This document shows positions 26,940-37,666 of a stretch of 64,000 bases of DNA, piece after piece. The DNA lies in NCBI GenBank assembly GCA_973895155.1, contig OZ316896.1, positions 22,091,722 to 22,155,721 on the forward strand. The letters run 5' to 3'. Position 1 is the first letter of the stretch; each line of letters begins with the position of its first letter. The position numbers and the translations under genes are program-made. A model generated the notes under the pieces. That model was given only the letters and a program-made list of their open reading frames with translations, made no database searches and was not told the origin of the DNA. The DNA is from Marsupella aquatica. Taxonomy: Eukaryota > Plantae > Marchantiophyta.

Positions 26940-28817
26940 TCACATAAATGTTTCGCTGATGGATCTGAGCGCCTGGCTCCATTGTGTGCCAAACCACTGT
27001 CCATTCCTGCGCTTCATCTGGGGCCTGCTATGAGTGACGGTCTTGCTTCGTGTGTCGACTTTCTCACACTGTTTAGAGGCCCGGATCTGCTGACTTAATG
27101 AGGGGCCTGATATTGGCAGTCTCTCAAGCGTTTCCAGCAATGTCTGAACATCCCCTGGCCTCAATCGCAGATGACTAGCGGAGCCATGAGACGATGAGCT
27201 AGACTGGGATGAAGACTCAGCCAGGGTCCTTTGGTAGACCGTTTTCTCTTCCTGCAGCTCCTTTCGTAGCTTCTCCAGCCCTCTCACCTGGTCCATCTCG
27301 TCCATCATTCGCCTCTGTTCGATCATGCTCTCCAGATATTCATCGACGCTGTCGTTAAAGGGAGTGATAGCGTTTTCTTTGAGAAAGACGGCGTACCTAG
27401 CGCATGCAGTTCTGATCGTTTCCTTCTCACCTTGAAGTTTGTTGATCTCCTCCTGGATTTGTTTCACTTTCAGCTCCACGATCTTCTTGGTAGACATCTT
27501 CGCGTTTATCTGCTTCTTGACCGACTCATCCTCCACCTGCGTCACCACTCTGCGGGTGCTGTACGTTATGTGTTGATGCAGACGCCAATTGCAACGACAA
27601 CTTCCAATCTTACAATTGAACGTCTCGTCCAGACAGCTGCAGCCCTGCAGTGCCGGATGGCCGATAGTATCGTGCGGGACGTTCTCAAGGTAGCATGGAT
27701 CATGACATATAGTGGAATACTCAGTTACATTGTTGACATTCCTGATGCACGACTTGGCCGTGCAAACGGTGCGGGGGTGGTCGATCTGGGTCGTCTCCAG
27801 CACCTCTATCCTGCGCCAACGACAGGCTTCCAGCTGACCTTGGTCATTGGCGGTTTCTTCAATTATTTTGCGCTGGTTTGAAATTTTGGCGATATTGCTT
27901 ACAAGAGTGTTGGCAATCTCGGCCAGTGGTCTCGACAACGTCCTTATCAGTTTCCGCGCATCATTCAGCGACACCGTCTCTGCCACGATGTGCGGCTTGA
28001 CTCCCAGAATGGTCCTCAGAAGGCGATCTGATTCCTCCACGGACTTGTCCCAGCTGCCGGTGAAGGCATCGACGATCTGTTTGGGGAAACTCATACCATG
28101 CTGGATACAAGCAAGAAGGCGAAATGACTCGCTGTCGAAAAAGAATGTGTTGTTCTCGTTGTAGGAAATCTCCTGACCGTGTTTGTCCTTAATCCTGCGG
28201 AGCATCTCTATGATCAGGCCATCAGTATCTCCGTGCGAATAGAAAGTTTGCCGAGAGTTGGTGTAACAAAACATGATATTGTTGGCGGCGTGCTTGTGTA
28301 GATTCGTCAGCAGTGAGGTGAGGCAAAACATGAAGTGCGGTGTCAGCCTGGACTCGTTGGGCTTCAAAAGAATGCATATGCCGTGCAATTGATCCACATT
28401 CGCATTAAGGTACTGCAAGATGTGCTCAGTGTTTTGCTGGTCTAGGTGGAGGCCTCGTGAGTCGCCTATACCAGGTGTGTCGATGATCTGAAATTCCCGA
28501 TCATCCGGCAAAGTGACGAAATGCGATCTGCAAGCTTGAGTGCTGGACTCGCCCACAGACTGTGATTTTGTACAGGCCTCTTGAGGATCTGCTTCGCCCA
28601 CCAACACTGTTGTGCTCGACTGCATGAACTTGCTCGGGATGAGGACCTTCAGTTCACCAGCCATCGCCTCGCGCAGTGTAGGGTACTCAAGATAGTTCAG
28701 TAGAGCATTGATCAGTGTGGACTTTCCCACCCCGGTCTGTCCCAGCAGCAAGATGTTGACGGAGCCATTGGAGCCTGTGGAGGCATCCTGACCAAGCAAT
28801 GGAAGGGCCCTATTCAT
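26940..28817 (-). CDS. Intronless P-loop GTPase (TRAFAC, septin/AIG1-like G domain) with Cys/His-rich C-terminal domain and coiled coil; paralog of the C-terminal half of 60394-63999
   Basis: NILLLGQTGVGKST (G1), SSTQAC (G2-like), IIDTPG (G3), FCYTNS (G4-like), FFFDSESFR. Then HPRTVCTAKSC..ICHDPCYL..CSC..CKIGSCRCNWRLHQH and a heptad-rich tail. The first in-frame ATG is at 28817; the ORF track starts at TTG 28862. Confidence 0.85.
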   Translation of the reverse strand: MNRALPLLGQDASTGSNGSVNILLLGQTGVGKSTLINALLNYLEYPTLREAMAGELKVLIPSKFMQSSTTVLVGEADPQEACTKSQSVGESSTQACRSHFVTLPDDREFQIIDTPGIGDSRGLHLDQQNTEHILQYLNANVDQLHGICILLKPNESRLTPHFMFCLTSLLTNLHKHAANNIMFCYTNSRQTFYSHGDTDGLIIEMLRRIKDKHGQEISYNENNTFFFDSESFRLLACIQHGMSFPKQIVDAFTGSWDKSVEESDRLLRTILGVKPHIVAETVSLNDARKLIRTLSRPLAEIANTLVSNIAKISNQRKIIEETANDQGQLEACRWRRIEVLETTQIDHPRTVCTAKSCIRNVNNVTEYSTICHDPCYLENVPHDTIGHPALQGCSCLDETFNCKIGSCRCNWRLHQHITYSTRRVVTQVEDESVKKQINAKMSTKKIVELKVKQIQEEINKLQGEKETIRTACARYAVFLKENAITPFNDSVDEYLESMIEQRRMMDEMDQVRGLEKLRKELQEEKTVYQRTLAESSSQSSSSSHGSASHLRLRPGDVQTLLETLERLPISGPSLSQQIRASKQCEKVDTRSKTVTHSRPQMKRRNGQWFGTQWSQALRSISETFM

Positions 28818-30054
28818 GCTGACTGAGGACTGGGATTCAGCCGAGATTGTTAGTCCGAGCAAACGTAACGGCCGGACGTCCCAATCCTTGAAATTGTCTG
28901 ACTCCTATCCCTCCAACTCAACACAACTCCAATCCTGAAGTTCTTCTTTTTGTCGAACACAACGTGAGAAATGACTGCTGAATGATTGATGAGAGTGAGG
29001 AGTGGAAATGAGTTAGTAGAGGTCCAAAATACGAATCGTTGGAATTCTCTTCCTACAACTCCATTCTCCCTCACTTCCAGAGAGGGACTGAGCAGAGATT
29101 TTTAGTTCTCCGATTCTTCGATGTAGAGTCCGTCGCAAATCCGTGAAAGTCTTGTATGGGGCTCTTCCTCGCTTGAGAAAAGACTGACGACTTCGGCCAC
29201 AGCAGTAGATTGCGCGTTGATCAGAAATCCGAAGACCCGTCTGCGAGTGTACGCGTGTTGGCTTCAGAAGTTGGTCACATGACTTCAGCAGCATCTTCCA
29301 ACAGCCTGACCGCTAAATTGGCTCGTAACGTCGAAGCGGCCAAGAGATCACAGTATCACACCTCTCGCTTGAATTAAACCGCAGCAAAATGAGATGGGGA
29401 AAATTCCGCTGTCAAAAGGGTGACGGTTGGATTGAATCGGATTGGTGAGTCCTTCGCGAGGAGGTTGGAAGCTGTAGAGAAAGAGCTCACACGCTTGTGA
29501 ACCCTGGCCGGAGCCAATTTCTGGTGGGCGAAAATTTGCCAATAGTTTAGCTCAAAAACCAGTTGGCGAATAATACCAGGGAGAAGATTTGAACAAATTT
29601 CACGCCACCATGGAATGTGGAGGAGCTTTACCATGGCTATATGGCCAGCAATGACTCTACACTGGCCAGAAACCGCAGCACTGTACAATTGACTTAAGGG
29701 GCTCTACAAGTTGACCTATGGGGCTGTACCATTCACTTATGGGGATCTGCCCTCTTTCTACGTAGAGCTAGTAGCCACGTTGTAAATTTTAAACAAGAAA
29801 ACAAAAGTGCTCCCTAGCAGGCTAGCAGTGAACAGGAAAAGAGAATGCGCACCTGCAACTGGCTCATCGAGAATCTCACAAGGAGTATCCAGAGCAAGAT
29901 CTGGTCTGAGATCCGGGTATTATAGAGGTAACTAGCTCAATACTGGATGGGCGAGGGGGCAGAGGGGCAGAGGATGGCGAAGAGGAGCTTGGCAATGGCG
30001 CTCCCGTAGGGATGCGCTGCTGCTGAACCTGCTGGAGGTTGGCGAGGGGAAGAG

Positions 30055-32418
30055 ATGCAAAATGGACAGCTTGCCGATCAGGATCTCGGTACGAAGATGA
30101 AGAAAACGACTAGTGAGGCAAACGGAACCGAGAGCCGGGATTTACAAGGAGGTGAAAGAAATCGACCAACGGACATGGAGATCCAAACGGCAAGAGAACC
30201 CAATCAGAGCAATGAGACGAGGGCATCAAGAGAACAGCACTCGTGGTCAGCTGAAGGGACCACAATGGCAAAAAGAAGTGGCAACAGAAGCTCTGAACAG
30301 GGCAAGATCAATCATGAGGTCACAATGGCAAGAGGGCAAAACACAGCACTGAAGAAAAGACCACGAGAAAAAGAAGGCAATGTCAAGGGAAGTAGCATGT
30401 CAGAATTGAGGCAAAAGGAATCTGACAATACGCCAGGCAAGCGCACAAGCAACGTGCAGTCTGGCAAGAACAGGGAGATGCAGGGAATCCAACCCTGGCC
30501 GGATCTCCACCGAGCTACGGTGCAAAAAGGGACACAACAGGAAAAGGGGAACCTAAGCACTGCTGTACACTCTGCTGACACACTGGGCCCAGAAGGAATC
30601 AACAAAGAAAGCAGGCACAAGCCAGTTAACGGAGGGACCCAGATTGGTGGCCAACTCAATAATCAGAGAAGGAAGGACGACTCGTACACTGGGGCTGAAA
30701 CAAATGGGGAGCAGGAAATGGCAGGGAATTTTGGCTTCCGTGATCCTGTGTGGGACCCGGAAGCAGACGACGATGCTAGGAGCTATCCTGATGATGAAGA
30801 GGACGAGAATCCATACGACGATAACTTGGACAAGGAAGCTGGCATGCATGTCTCAAATGACGACCTACGTGAGCAATTAGCGCACCTTCCACCTGTGCCA
30901 GAAAAGCCATCGCCAGGAATGAGGTCAGAAATCTTAGTTGTAGACAAAAACATTGTGGCTAGCCGCATTCTCCATTTGCAAAATCGAGGGATTATTGTCT
31001 ATACAGTAGATTTCAATCCCTCACGGGATTTTTTTGAAGAATGGGCGCACGATGTCATAGGACGTAGAATGAGGATCCGAATTGAGCAGATTAAAGTACT
31101 TGCGAGATATACTTTCCTGATTGTCGTCTCCACACCTGAGGAACAAAACTCGATCCTGCTGGAACCATATCTCAGCATGGGTAGGAAGATGGTCATTGCC
31201 ATGCCGTGGACAACGGATTTTGATGCTAATGCAATGAAATCGACTAGGGCTCCTGTGTGGGTAGACTTGCCGCTTCTTAACCCGGCCTTCGAGTACTACG
31301 CTAACCAAATGCTTGCAAAAGTTGGCAAGGTACTTTACGCACAGACTACACATGCAAGAAGCAAATTCTCACATATTCGTGGCTGTGTGCTGTGTGATTT
31401 AAATGATGATCTAGTGGAATACATAGATATGACCATACCTGGGGTAGGCAACTACCGTGTCGATGTCATCTACCGGACCCTGCCAGACGCATGCTTTGCC
31501 TGCAAACAACGAGGACACATAGCCAGATATTGTACCAACAAGCCCAACATGGAGAAAGGAAATACAGGACGACAGAACGCAAAGATGGCTGCTGACCCAA
31601 CTGGGAATAGAGGGAACACACAAGGTACAGTGGACACAGAAGGATTCACAATGGTGAAAACCAGGACACTAAACAAAGGCAAACACGGAGTAGAAGGAAC
31701 AGTCATTCATCAGGGCAGAGATAGCAACCCCTTCGATGCCTTAACTGAGCTAGCCGACCTCGAAGAAGGAGAGATTCCACCAGAGCAAAAGGGGAAGGAA
31801 ACAGCGACAGAGTCGGACCACACAGAAGCTAAAACTGAATGGGAAAGGGGGAACAATGGAAAGCAACTCAACCCAGAGGCGGAAGGGGCTCACGGGGTGG
31901 AAGATAAACTGGAGACAATACTCCCAAATAATAGTTCAAGTCAGACGGAGGAGATGGAACAGTGTACTACTGACAGTCCAACAGAAGAGGAAGAAGTTGA
32001 TCACATGGAGACCGAGAGTGCCAAGAACGCACGGAAAGCTGCCGCATCTCCTACCACGGCTTGGGGAGCCAGCGAAAGTGTGTCTCCTACCAAAATGGGG
32101 ACACCAGCTAGACAACAAACCAAAATGACGAAGAAGAGTTCACACCCAACTGAGATTCCTACCTTTGCGAGCGATAGACGTATGGCGGATTTTCTTCCTG
32201 AAGAAATTCCCTACAATGACATCCAGAGAGTAGGAGGAACAGAACCCCGTAAGCTCCGCTTTGAGCAGACCACACGGACCTCGACCACTGTCACGAGTCG
32301 AGATACTTGCAAGGGAGCGCAGGAGATAACCACACAAGGGAAGGAGACACAGACAACCTTAGGAGAGAAGAAGAGTGGGCAACAGGGGAACCCGGCCACC
32401 CAAAATAAATCCGTTTAA
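30055..32418 (+). CDS. LINE ORF1 (DUF4283-like RRM region plus CCHC zinc knuckle)
   Basis: APVWVDLPLL..KVGKVL..HIRGCV and CFACKQRGHIARYC (CX2CX4HX4C), flanked by disordered regions. Confidence 0.9.
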   Translation: MQNGQLADQDLGTKMKKTTSEANGTESRDLQGGERNRPTDMEIQTAREPNQSNETRASREQHSWSAEGTTMAKRSGNRSSEQGKINHEVTMARGQNTALKKRPREKEGNVKGSSMSELRQKESDNTPGKRTSNVQSGKNREMQGIQPWPDLHRATVQKGTQQEKGNLSTAVHSADTLGPEGINKESRHKPVNGGTQIGGQLNNQRRKDDSYTGAETNGEQEMAGNFGFRDPVWDPEADDDARSYPDDEEDENPYDDNLDKEAGMHVSNDDLREQLAHLPPVPEKPSPGMRSEILVVDKNIVASRILHLQNRGIIVYTVDFNPSRDFFEEWAHDVIGRRMRIRIEQIKVLARYTFLIVVSTPEEQNSILLEPYLSMGRKMVIAMPWTTDFDANAMKSTRAPVWVDLPLLNPAFEYYANQMLAKVGKVLYAQTTHARSKFSHIRGCVLCDLNDDLVEYIDMTIPGVGNYRVDVIYRTLPDACFACKQRGHIARYCTNKPNMEKGNTGRQNAKMAADPTGNRGNTQGTVDTEGFTMVKTRTLNKGKHGVEGTVIHQGRDSNPFDALTELADLEEGEIPPEQKGKETATESDHTEAKTEWERGNNGKQLNPEAEGAHGVEDKLETILPNNSSSQTEEMEQCTTDSPTEEEEVDHMETESAKNARKAAASPTTAWGASESVSPTKMGTPARQQTKMTKKSSHPTEIPTFASDRRMADFLPEEIPYNDIQRVGGTEPRKLRFEQTTRTSTTVTSRDTCKGAQEITTQGKETQTTLGEKKSGQQGNPATQNKSV

Positions 32419-35400
32419 TGATGACTGAAGAACTTACCATTAGCCAGTGGAATGTACGGGGGATGGGCGACCCGGTGAGATTGAAACAAATGCGCAAATG
32501 GATACAAACCAACTCGTTGGAGCAATCGATCTGCTGCTTCCAGGAGCTTAAAATCAAAGAAAAGAAGGCGCTTTTCCAACTTGGATTAATTGACCAGGAA
32601 GGCACGAAAATCTTAGATAGCAACGCAGAAGAAAAAGTGGGAGCGGCGCTGCTAATCCCAAAGCAGTACCAGATTGTGGATCAGGGAAGTAAAGGGGATG
32701 GGACGTTTGTGTGGGCTACTATCCAATCATGTGTAGGGGAACTCAGTATTGGCTCGGTGTATGCACCTAATGAACGAAGAAACCGAATTGAGCTTTGGAA
32801 GTGGCTACTGGAGAACCTCAAGGAGTCTAACTGGATTCTCTGTGGAGATTGGAATATGACAGATCTATGGGACGATGCTGTGGGCCCCTCCGCATTCATC
32901 CATGGTTCTGAGGCCCGGGCCTGGAACAAACTGGTGGATCACTTCGACATGGTGGATAACTATCTTTGTGCAGGGTCGCGGACAGGACCATGCTACACAA
33001 GACAAGCAAGAAAGTCTGATCGGTATGACCAGTCTAGAATTGATCGCAACTATAGTAGCAACAGGAATCAGTGGTGTGATTTTGTGAAATCATGTGTGCA
33101 TGACGGTAGGGAAACAGTCTCGGATCACATTCCTGTGGTTACTACTTTTGTTCTTAAACAGAGCACGGACCCAGGTAACCACAGGAAAGCAACCTATTTC
33201 AAAATGGATGCGAACCTAATCAACACCCCAGAATTAGAGACGGAACTGGAAAACGTGTGGAATAGACACCAGAAGGAAAACCGTGACCCCAGGGTCAATT
33301 GGGATTTGGCTTGGGGTGCTGTGAAAGCTCTCAATCAAGCAGAGAAGCGCAAAAGAATAGAAAACAGAAATGCTATGCAGCCAGGAGAGGAGCTACAGCG
33401 ACTGAGAGTGGAGATGTGTACCAATCCTTCTCCAGCTCTTCCGGATGAGCTCAGGAAAATTGAAGATAGCACAAGGGAGAGGGCGAAAATGGATGCAATC
33501 AAGATGAGACGGAAAAGCAGAGTTCGATGGCTAAAACTCGGAGAAGCCCCTACCAAGTATTTCTTTAACCAATTGAAGGCAAAACATGCAAAGGAGAGCA
33601 TCAAACGGCTGAAGAGAGCCAACGGAGAGGTGACGGAGGACGAAAGCAGCATCCTCAACGAAATCCATGCCTTCTATTCGAACCTATACACTGCTGATCC
33701 GCTAGTTGAGATGCACAACTCTGCACTGGATGAGGTCCTAGGGTTGATCAAAGATGAGGTCTCAGCTCAGGAGAATCAGGCGATTGTCCAACTCCCTAGC
33801 GAGGAGGAAATTGAGAAGATGGTTTTCAATTTGCCCAAGGAGAAATCACCAGGGATTGACGGAGTCACCGCTGAAATGCTGATTAAGGGATGGGAATTCA
33901 TGAAGCCAACGTGTGTGAAAATGATTCATGTTTTTTGGCAGGACGGGAAGCTCACGAGCCGGGCTTCTGCCGGAGTGATCAAACTGATCCCTAAGAATCT
34001 TGAGGTTTTGGAACTCTGTAATTGGAGGCCACTGACGATGCTAACCCTGACTGAAAAACTAATTGCAAAGCTGATGGCCAATCGGATCAAGAAGGTTGCA
34101 CACAAATTAGTTGACCCTCAGCAAACTGGTTTTCTGGAAGGGAGGGATATTCTTGACAACCTCCTCAACTTCAAGTTGGCACAAGAATACGCTGCGTCAA
34201 GTAAGCAACCTCTGATCTTTCTTAAACTGGACTTTGCTAAAGCTTACGATAGAGTGGCTCATTCCTTCTTGTGGGCTGTGATGAGGGCTATGAAATTCGA
34301 TAACCAGGTGATTACCCTAGTGAAGGGGCTGGTGGAGCACACACAATCCAAAGTTCACATCAACGGGAGATTTACCGAACCGATAAATTTGAACAGAGGA
34401 GTGAGGCAAGGCTGCCCCCTATCTTCGCTACTGTTTGCTATTACCACCCAACCACTGATGGCTCTGTGCAGGAGTAAGATTGAAACAGGGGAGCTGAATG
34501 GGCTGAAGTTTTCTGACAACAAGAGTCTTTGCCACCAACTCTTTGCTGATGACACTGGGCTATTTTTAGCGGCAACTGAGGGGGAATTCCGGAAGGCTAG
34601 AGAAATTGTACAACAGTATGAGAATGTCTCAGGTGCACTATTAAATGTACAGAAGTCTAAGATCATTCCCATCTACTTCCAGGACGGGAAGTACCCTGAG
34701 TGGTTGCAGGAGACCGGGTGCAAAATTGCTAAGGAAGGGGAGATAACTGAATACCTTGGATGCCCGATTGGGTACAAGGTTCGACCATCACATGAAGCAG
34801 CTTTTTTGGTCGGAAAATTGAGGAGCCGGTTGTGTCACTGGACCAACAGGAGCCTCTCCATGGCGGGAAGATCTATTCTCCTCAAGCATGTCCTCCGGGC
34901 AATACCTACATACCACCTGATGTCTCTTTCTCTGTACAAGACTGGTTTCCAGGAGATGGAAAAAGTATGTCGACAGTTTTTGTGGGGTTCCACAACCAAT
35001 AATGGATCCAAGAAAGCTCTGATTGCCTGGGACGTCATCGCTAAACCTAAGGAGGATGGAGGTTTGGGCATTCAGCCTTTTGAGGAGCACGCCCAGTCGC
35101 TAAAAATGCGACATATCGCCAAACTGATTATGCAAGCTGACTGTGAGTGGGTGAAAATTGCGTATGAGATCATCATGAAGAGCCTCAAGTCTGGACCTGG
35201 AAAGAAAGAGAGACGAAGATGGACTGCTATTGAAGCGCTACTACTCGACAATGAGATACACATCCAGGGATCACCGATGCTGAGGGGTCTACTAAAAGGA
35301 TGGACCAACAAAAATCAGCACCTGAAGTTCAACTTTGGGGAAGGTCAGATCCCAGGACATCTCTCCGTCGAACAAATACTTCTTCTATACCTCCGGTCCA

Positions 35401-35996
35401 ACCATGTCACCGTGCAACAGGAAACTGACTTGAGGAGATTCCTCTCAAACAGAGGAATCAAGAGCCTGCAGAATCTCAGGACTCAGCAGGGGTGGTGGGT
35501 GACCGAGGAGGAGCTCAGCAAGCAACTTCGCAGTACTCGATCAATTGGCAATGCGGAATTCAACAGGTTCTACAACAAGCTTCAACAGAGTAACGTCACC
35601 AACACTGGCCAATTACAGGACTGCGCCGGTTGGCAGTGGAACTGGAGAGGAAGGAATAGAGGCTGGCGCTTCCCCACTCGGACTTGGGGACAATGCTCCA
35701 GGTCCAAGAATTTGGACGTTACTCAGCTGAATCGAAGATGGGGCCAAACTAGCACGACCAGATGTTGGCAACAATACTGGAAGAAACTCTGGGGAGGCTG
35801 GTCTTTTCCCAAGGTGAGATTTTTTCTTTGGAGACTACTGAACCATGGCTTCTTTACTAATGGCAGGGCGAGCCATTGGGAGGTATCAGACGGCACTTGT
35901 GGTAGGTGCAAGAGCCAATTCGAACACACTGAACATCTGTTCTTCAATTGCTGGACGGTTACTGTGAGATGGAGAGAGGTACAACAATTGGTATAG
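32418..35996 (+). CDS. LINE ORF2: APE endonuclease, reverse transcriptase and zf-RVT; premature TAG at 35994-35996, frame continues to 36344
   Basis: SQWNVRG, CFQE, VYAPN, GDWN, SRIDR, SDH (endonuclease). KSPGIDG, WRPLTML, KLDFAKAYDRV, GVRQGCPLS, LFADD, YLG (RT). CGRC..EHTEHLFFNC (zinc finger). The same-frame continuation contains IWKERN. Confidence 0.93.
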   Translation: MMTEELTISQWNVRGMGDPVRLKQMRKWIQTNSLEQSICCFQELKIKEKKALFQLGLIDQEGTKILDSNAEEKVGAALLIPKQYQIVDQGSKGDGTFVWATIQSCVGELSIGSVYAPNERRNRIELWKWLLENLKESNWILCGDWNMTDLWDDAVGPSAFIHGSEARAWNKLVDHFDMVDNYLCAGSRTGPCYTRQARKSDRYDQSRIDRNYSSNRNQWCDFVKSCVHDGRETVSDHIPVVTTFVLKQSTDPGNHRKATYFKMDANLINTPELETELENVWNRHQKENRDPRVNWDLAWGAVKALNQAEKRKRIENRNAMQPGEELQRLRVEMCTNPSPALPDELRKIEDSTRERAKMDAIKMRRKSRVRWLKLGEAPTKYFFNQLKAKHAKESIKRLKRANGEVTEDESSILNEIHAFYSNLYTADPLVEMHNSALDEVLGLIKDEVSAQENQAIVQLPSEEEIEKMVFNLPKEKSPGIDGVTAEMLIKGWEFMKPTCVKMIHVFWQDGKLTSRASAGVIKLIPKNLEVLELCNWRPLTMLTLTEKLIAKLMANRIKKVAHKLVDPQQTGFLEGRDILDNLLNFKLAQEYAASSKQPLIFLKLDFAKAYDRVAHSFLWAVMRAMKFDNQVITLVKGLVEHTQSKVHINGRFTEPINLNRGVRQGCPLSSLLFAITTQPLMALCRSKIETGELNGLKFSDNKSLCHQLFADDTGLFLAATEGEFRKAREIVQQYENVSGALLNVQKSKIIPIYFQDGKYPEWLQETGCKIAKEGEITEYLGCPIGYKVRPSHEAAFLVGKLRSRLCHWTNRSLSMAGRSILLKHVLRAIPTYHLMSLSLYKTGFQEMEKVCRQFLWGSTTNNGSKKALIAWDVIAKPKEDGGLGIQPFEEHAQSLKMRHIAKLIMQADCEWVKIAYEIIMKSLKSGPGKKERRRWTAIEALLLDNEIHIQGSPMLRGLLKGWTNKNQHLKFNFGEGQIPGHLSVEQILLLYLRSNHVTVQQETDLRRFLSNRGIKSLQNLRTQQGWWVTEEELSKQLRSTRSIGNAEFNRFYNKLQQSNVTNTGQLQDCAGWQWNWRGRNRGWRFPTRTWGQCSRSKNLDVTQLNRRWGQTSTTRCWQQYWKKLWGGWSFPKVRFFLWRLLNHGFFTNGRASHWEVSDGTCGRCKSQFEHTEHLFFNCWTVTVRWREVQQLV

Positions 35997-36811
35997 CAAG
36001 CGGATGCACTCAGAACACCGCAAAGATCACTCTACGAAGCAATCACGGTTGCTTTAAAGATGCATAAAAGGAAACCAGGGCCAGTGGTCTTGCTCATGGA
36101 GATGTGCTTGAGCATCTGGAAGGAGAGAAATGCAGCCACTTACTCCCATTTCCTTGGGCGTCTTCCCGGATGGGTTGAACTGAGGAACACGGAAACCCAT
36201 CTGTCCACTATGATGGACTCCTGCCATTCGGAGAGAAAACGTAAACAGCTAAGGCGGGCACTCACTCAACTCCAGGTGGTTCTTAAGCCATGGGAGACTA
36301 TCGACAGCCCTCGTGCCATGAACTCTGATGAAGATGATGCATAAGAACCATCTTGACCTAGAGAGAAAAGACTACACTGGTCAGGAACACCTCACTGACT
36401 ACTGTAATGAGAGAAACAATGGCAACAACGACGGGTGGGATCTGCTCAAGAGGATGAGACCTAATAAAAGGAACACTAGTAGAAACAAGAAAGGTCCACT
36501 GATGAGTAGAAGGAAGCAAACTGAAAACATGAACTTAACGACTAGGTTGGACACTACTAGAAGCACACAGGACATGATGAGGATTTACACTGTTGACAGA
36601 CAGAATAGGGCCTTTACTTCCGGTGATGACTTTGATGTCAACTTCAGGTGGTGGTTCCGGGTTCCTTGGGACGACTAGTTAGTTTTACGTGGGCCATGTG
36701 TGGCTCTGGGTGTTGGGCCCTTCCTTGTTTGCCGTGCTCGGGTGGCTGTTGCTCCCCTGCCTGCTTTTGGTGGGTCTCCGCGCCCCCCTTTTTTGTTTGA
36801 AAAAAAAAAAA

Positions 36812-37130
36812 ACTAGCTCAATACTCGTGCGTTGCACAAAAGATGTCGTGTCGGCCAAGATGTCCTTAAGACAAAAGATGTCGTGTTCCCGGTCGTGTCG
36901 TCCCAAGATATCGTTAAGAAAATAGAGGTCGTGTCCAGGGTCGTGTTGCCAATGATGTTGTTATGTAAAAGATGTCATTAAAAAAAGAAGTTGTGTCGCC
37001 AAAGAGGTCTTTATGTAAACGATGTCATCAAGTAAGAAGATGTCATTAAAACAAAGAAGTTGTGTCACCAAAGAAGTTGTTATGTGACAGATATCGTTAA
37101 GAAGATGTCAAGTAAAAATATGTCGTTAAA
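36812..37130 (-). mobile_element. Helitron-like 3' terminus with subterminal AAGATGTC-rich repeat array (minus strand)
   Basis: The reverse complement reads TTTTGTGCAACGCACGAGTATTGAGCTAG|TT: a short GTGC-AAC-GCAC hairpin ~10 nt before CTAG followed by T, the canonical Helitron 3' end. The LINE TSD duplicates the terminal bases. Confidence 0.6.
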
Positions 37131-37606
37131 AAGAGTCAGGCAGGGGAGAAGGGAAGAGGGGGAGAGTGGGGCGAGGCAGGGCTGCCCCGGGTAATCGGGT
37201 TGGGGAAGGAGGGTGGTGGGAGGTTGACCGCAAGAATGCGGCAGTCTACGGTTGGTGTGCGGAGCAAGGCGGTAGGGTGGTCGCCCCACTCGTAGTAGAG
37301 GCTGGACACACAACATTTTACTTGCCTCCGCTCGGTGCTTTTGCCGCAATCAGATGGAAGTTGACCTCAGGAGCTGGTGTGAGGGCCATTTTTGGTCTCT
37401 ATTGCTTTGGTTTTTTTCCATACTGAATTCTTACACCCAAATTGGCCCTGTAATTCAAATGATGACCATGGCAAAAAAAAAGGCACAACACCTTATTATA
37501 GTTTTTGATGTTGTCAAATGTGGTTGTCCCTTTATATATGTGTCCCAAAACCCTGTCACCCCAGCCAAGAGTGGTTTGGCCCCCAACACCTTGTTATCTC
37601 ATCCAA

Positions 37607-37664
<58 letters not shown>
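37607..37664. repeat. Compound microsatellite (TA)n(GA)n
   Basis: Directly visible. Confidence 0.95.

Positions 37665-37666
<2 letters not shown>

Larger units (their letters stand above)
29945..36810 (+). mobile_element. L1-clade LINE (non-LTR retrotransposon) with both ORFs, poly(A) and a 15-bp TSD
   Basis: ORF1 and ORF2 in tandem, GC/T-rich 3' UTR, A-run 36800-36812, and identical flanking AACTAGCTCAATACT at 29930-29944 and 36811-36825. Confidence 0.93.
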
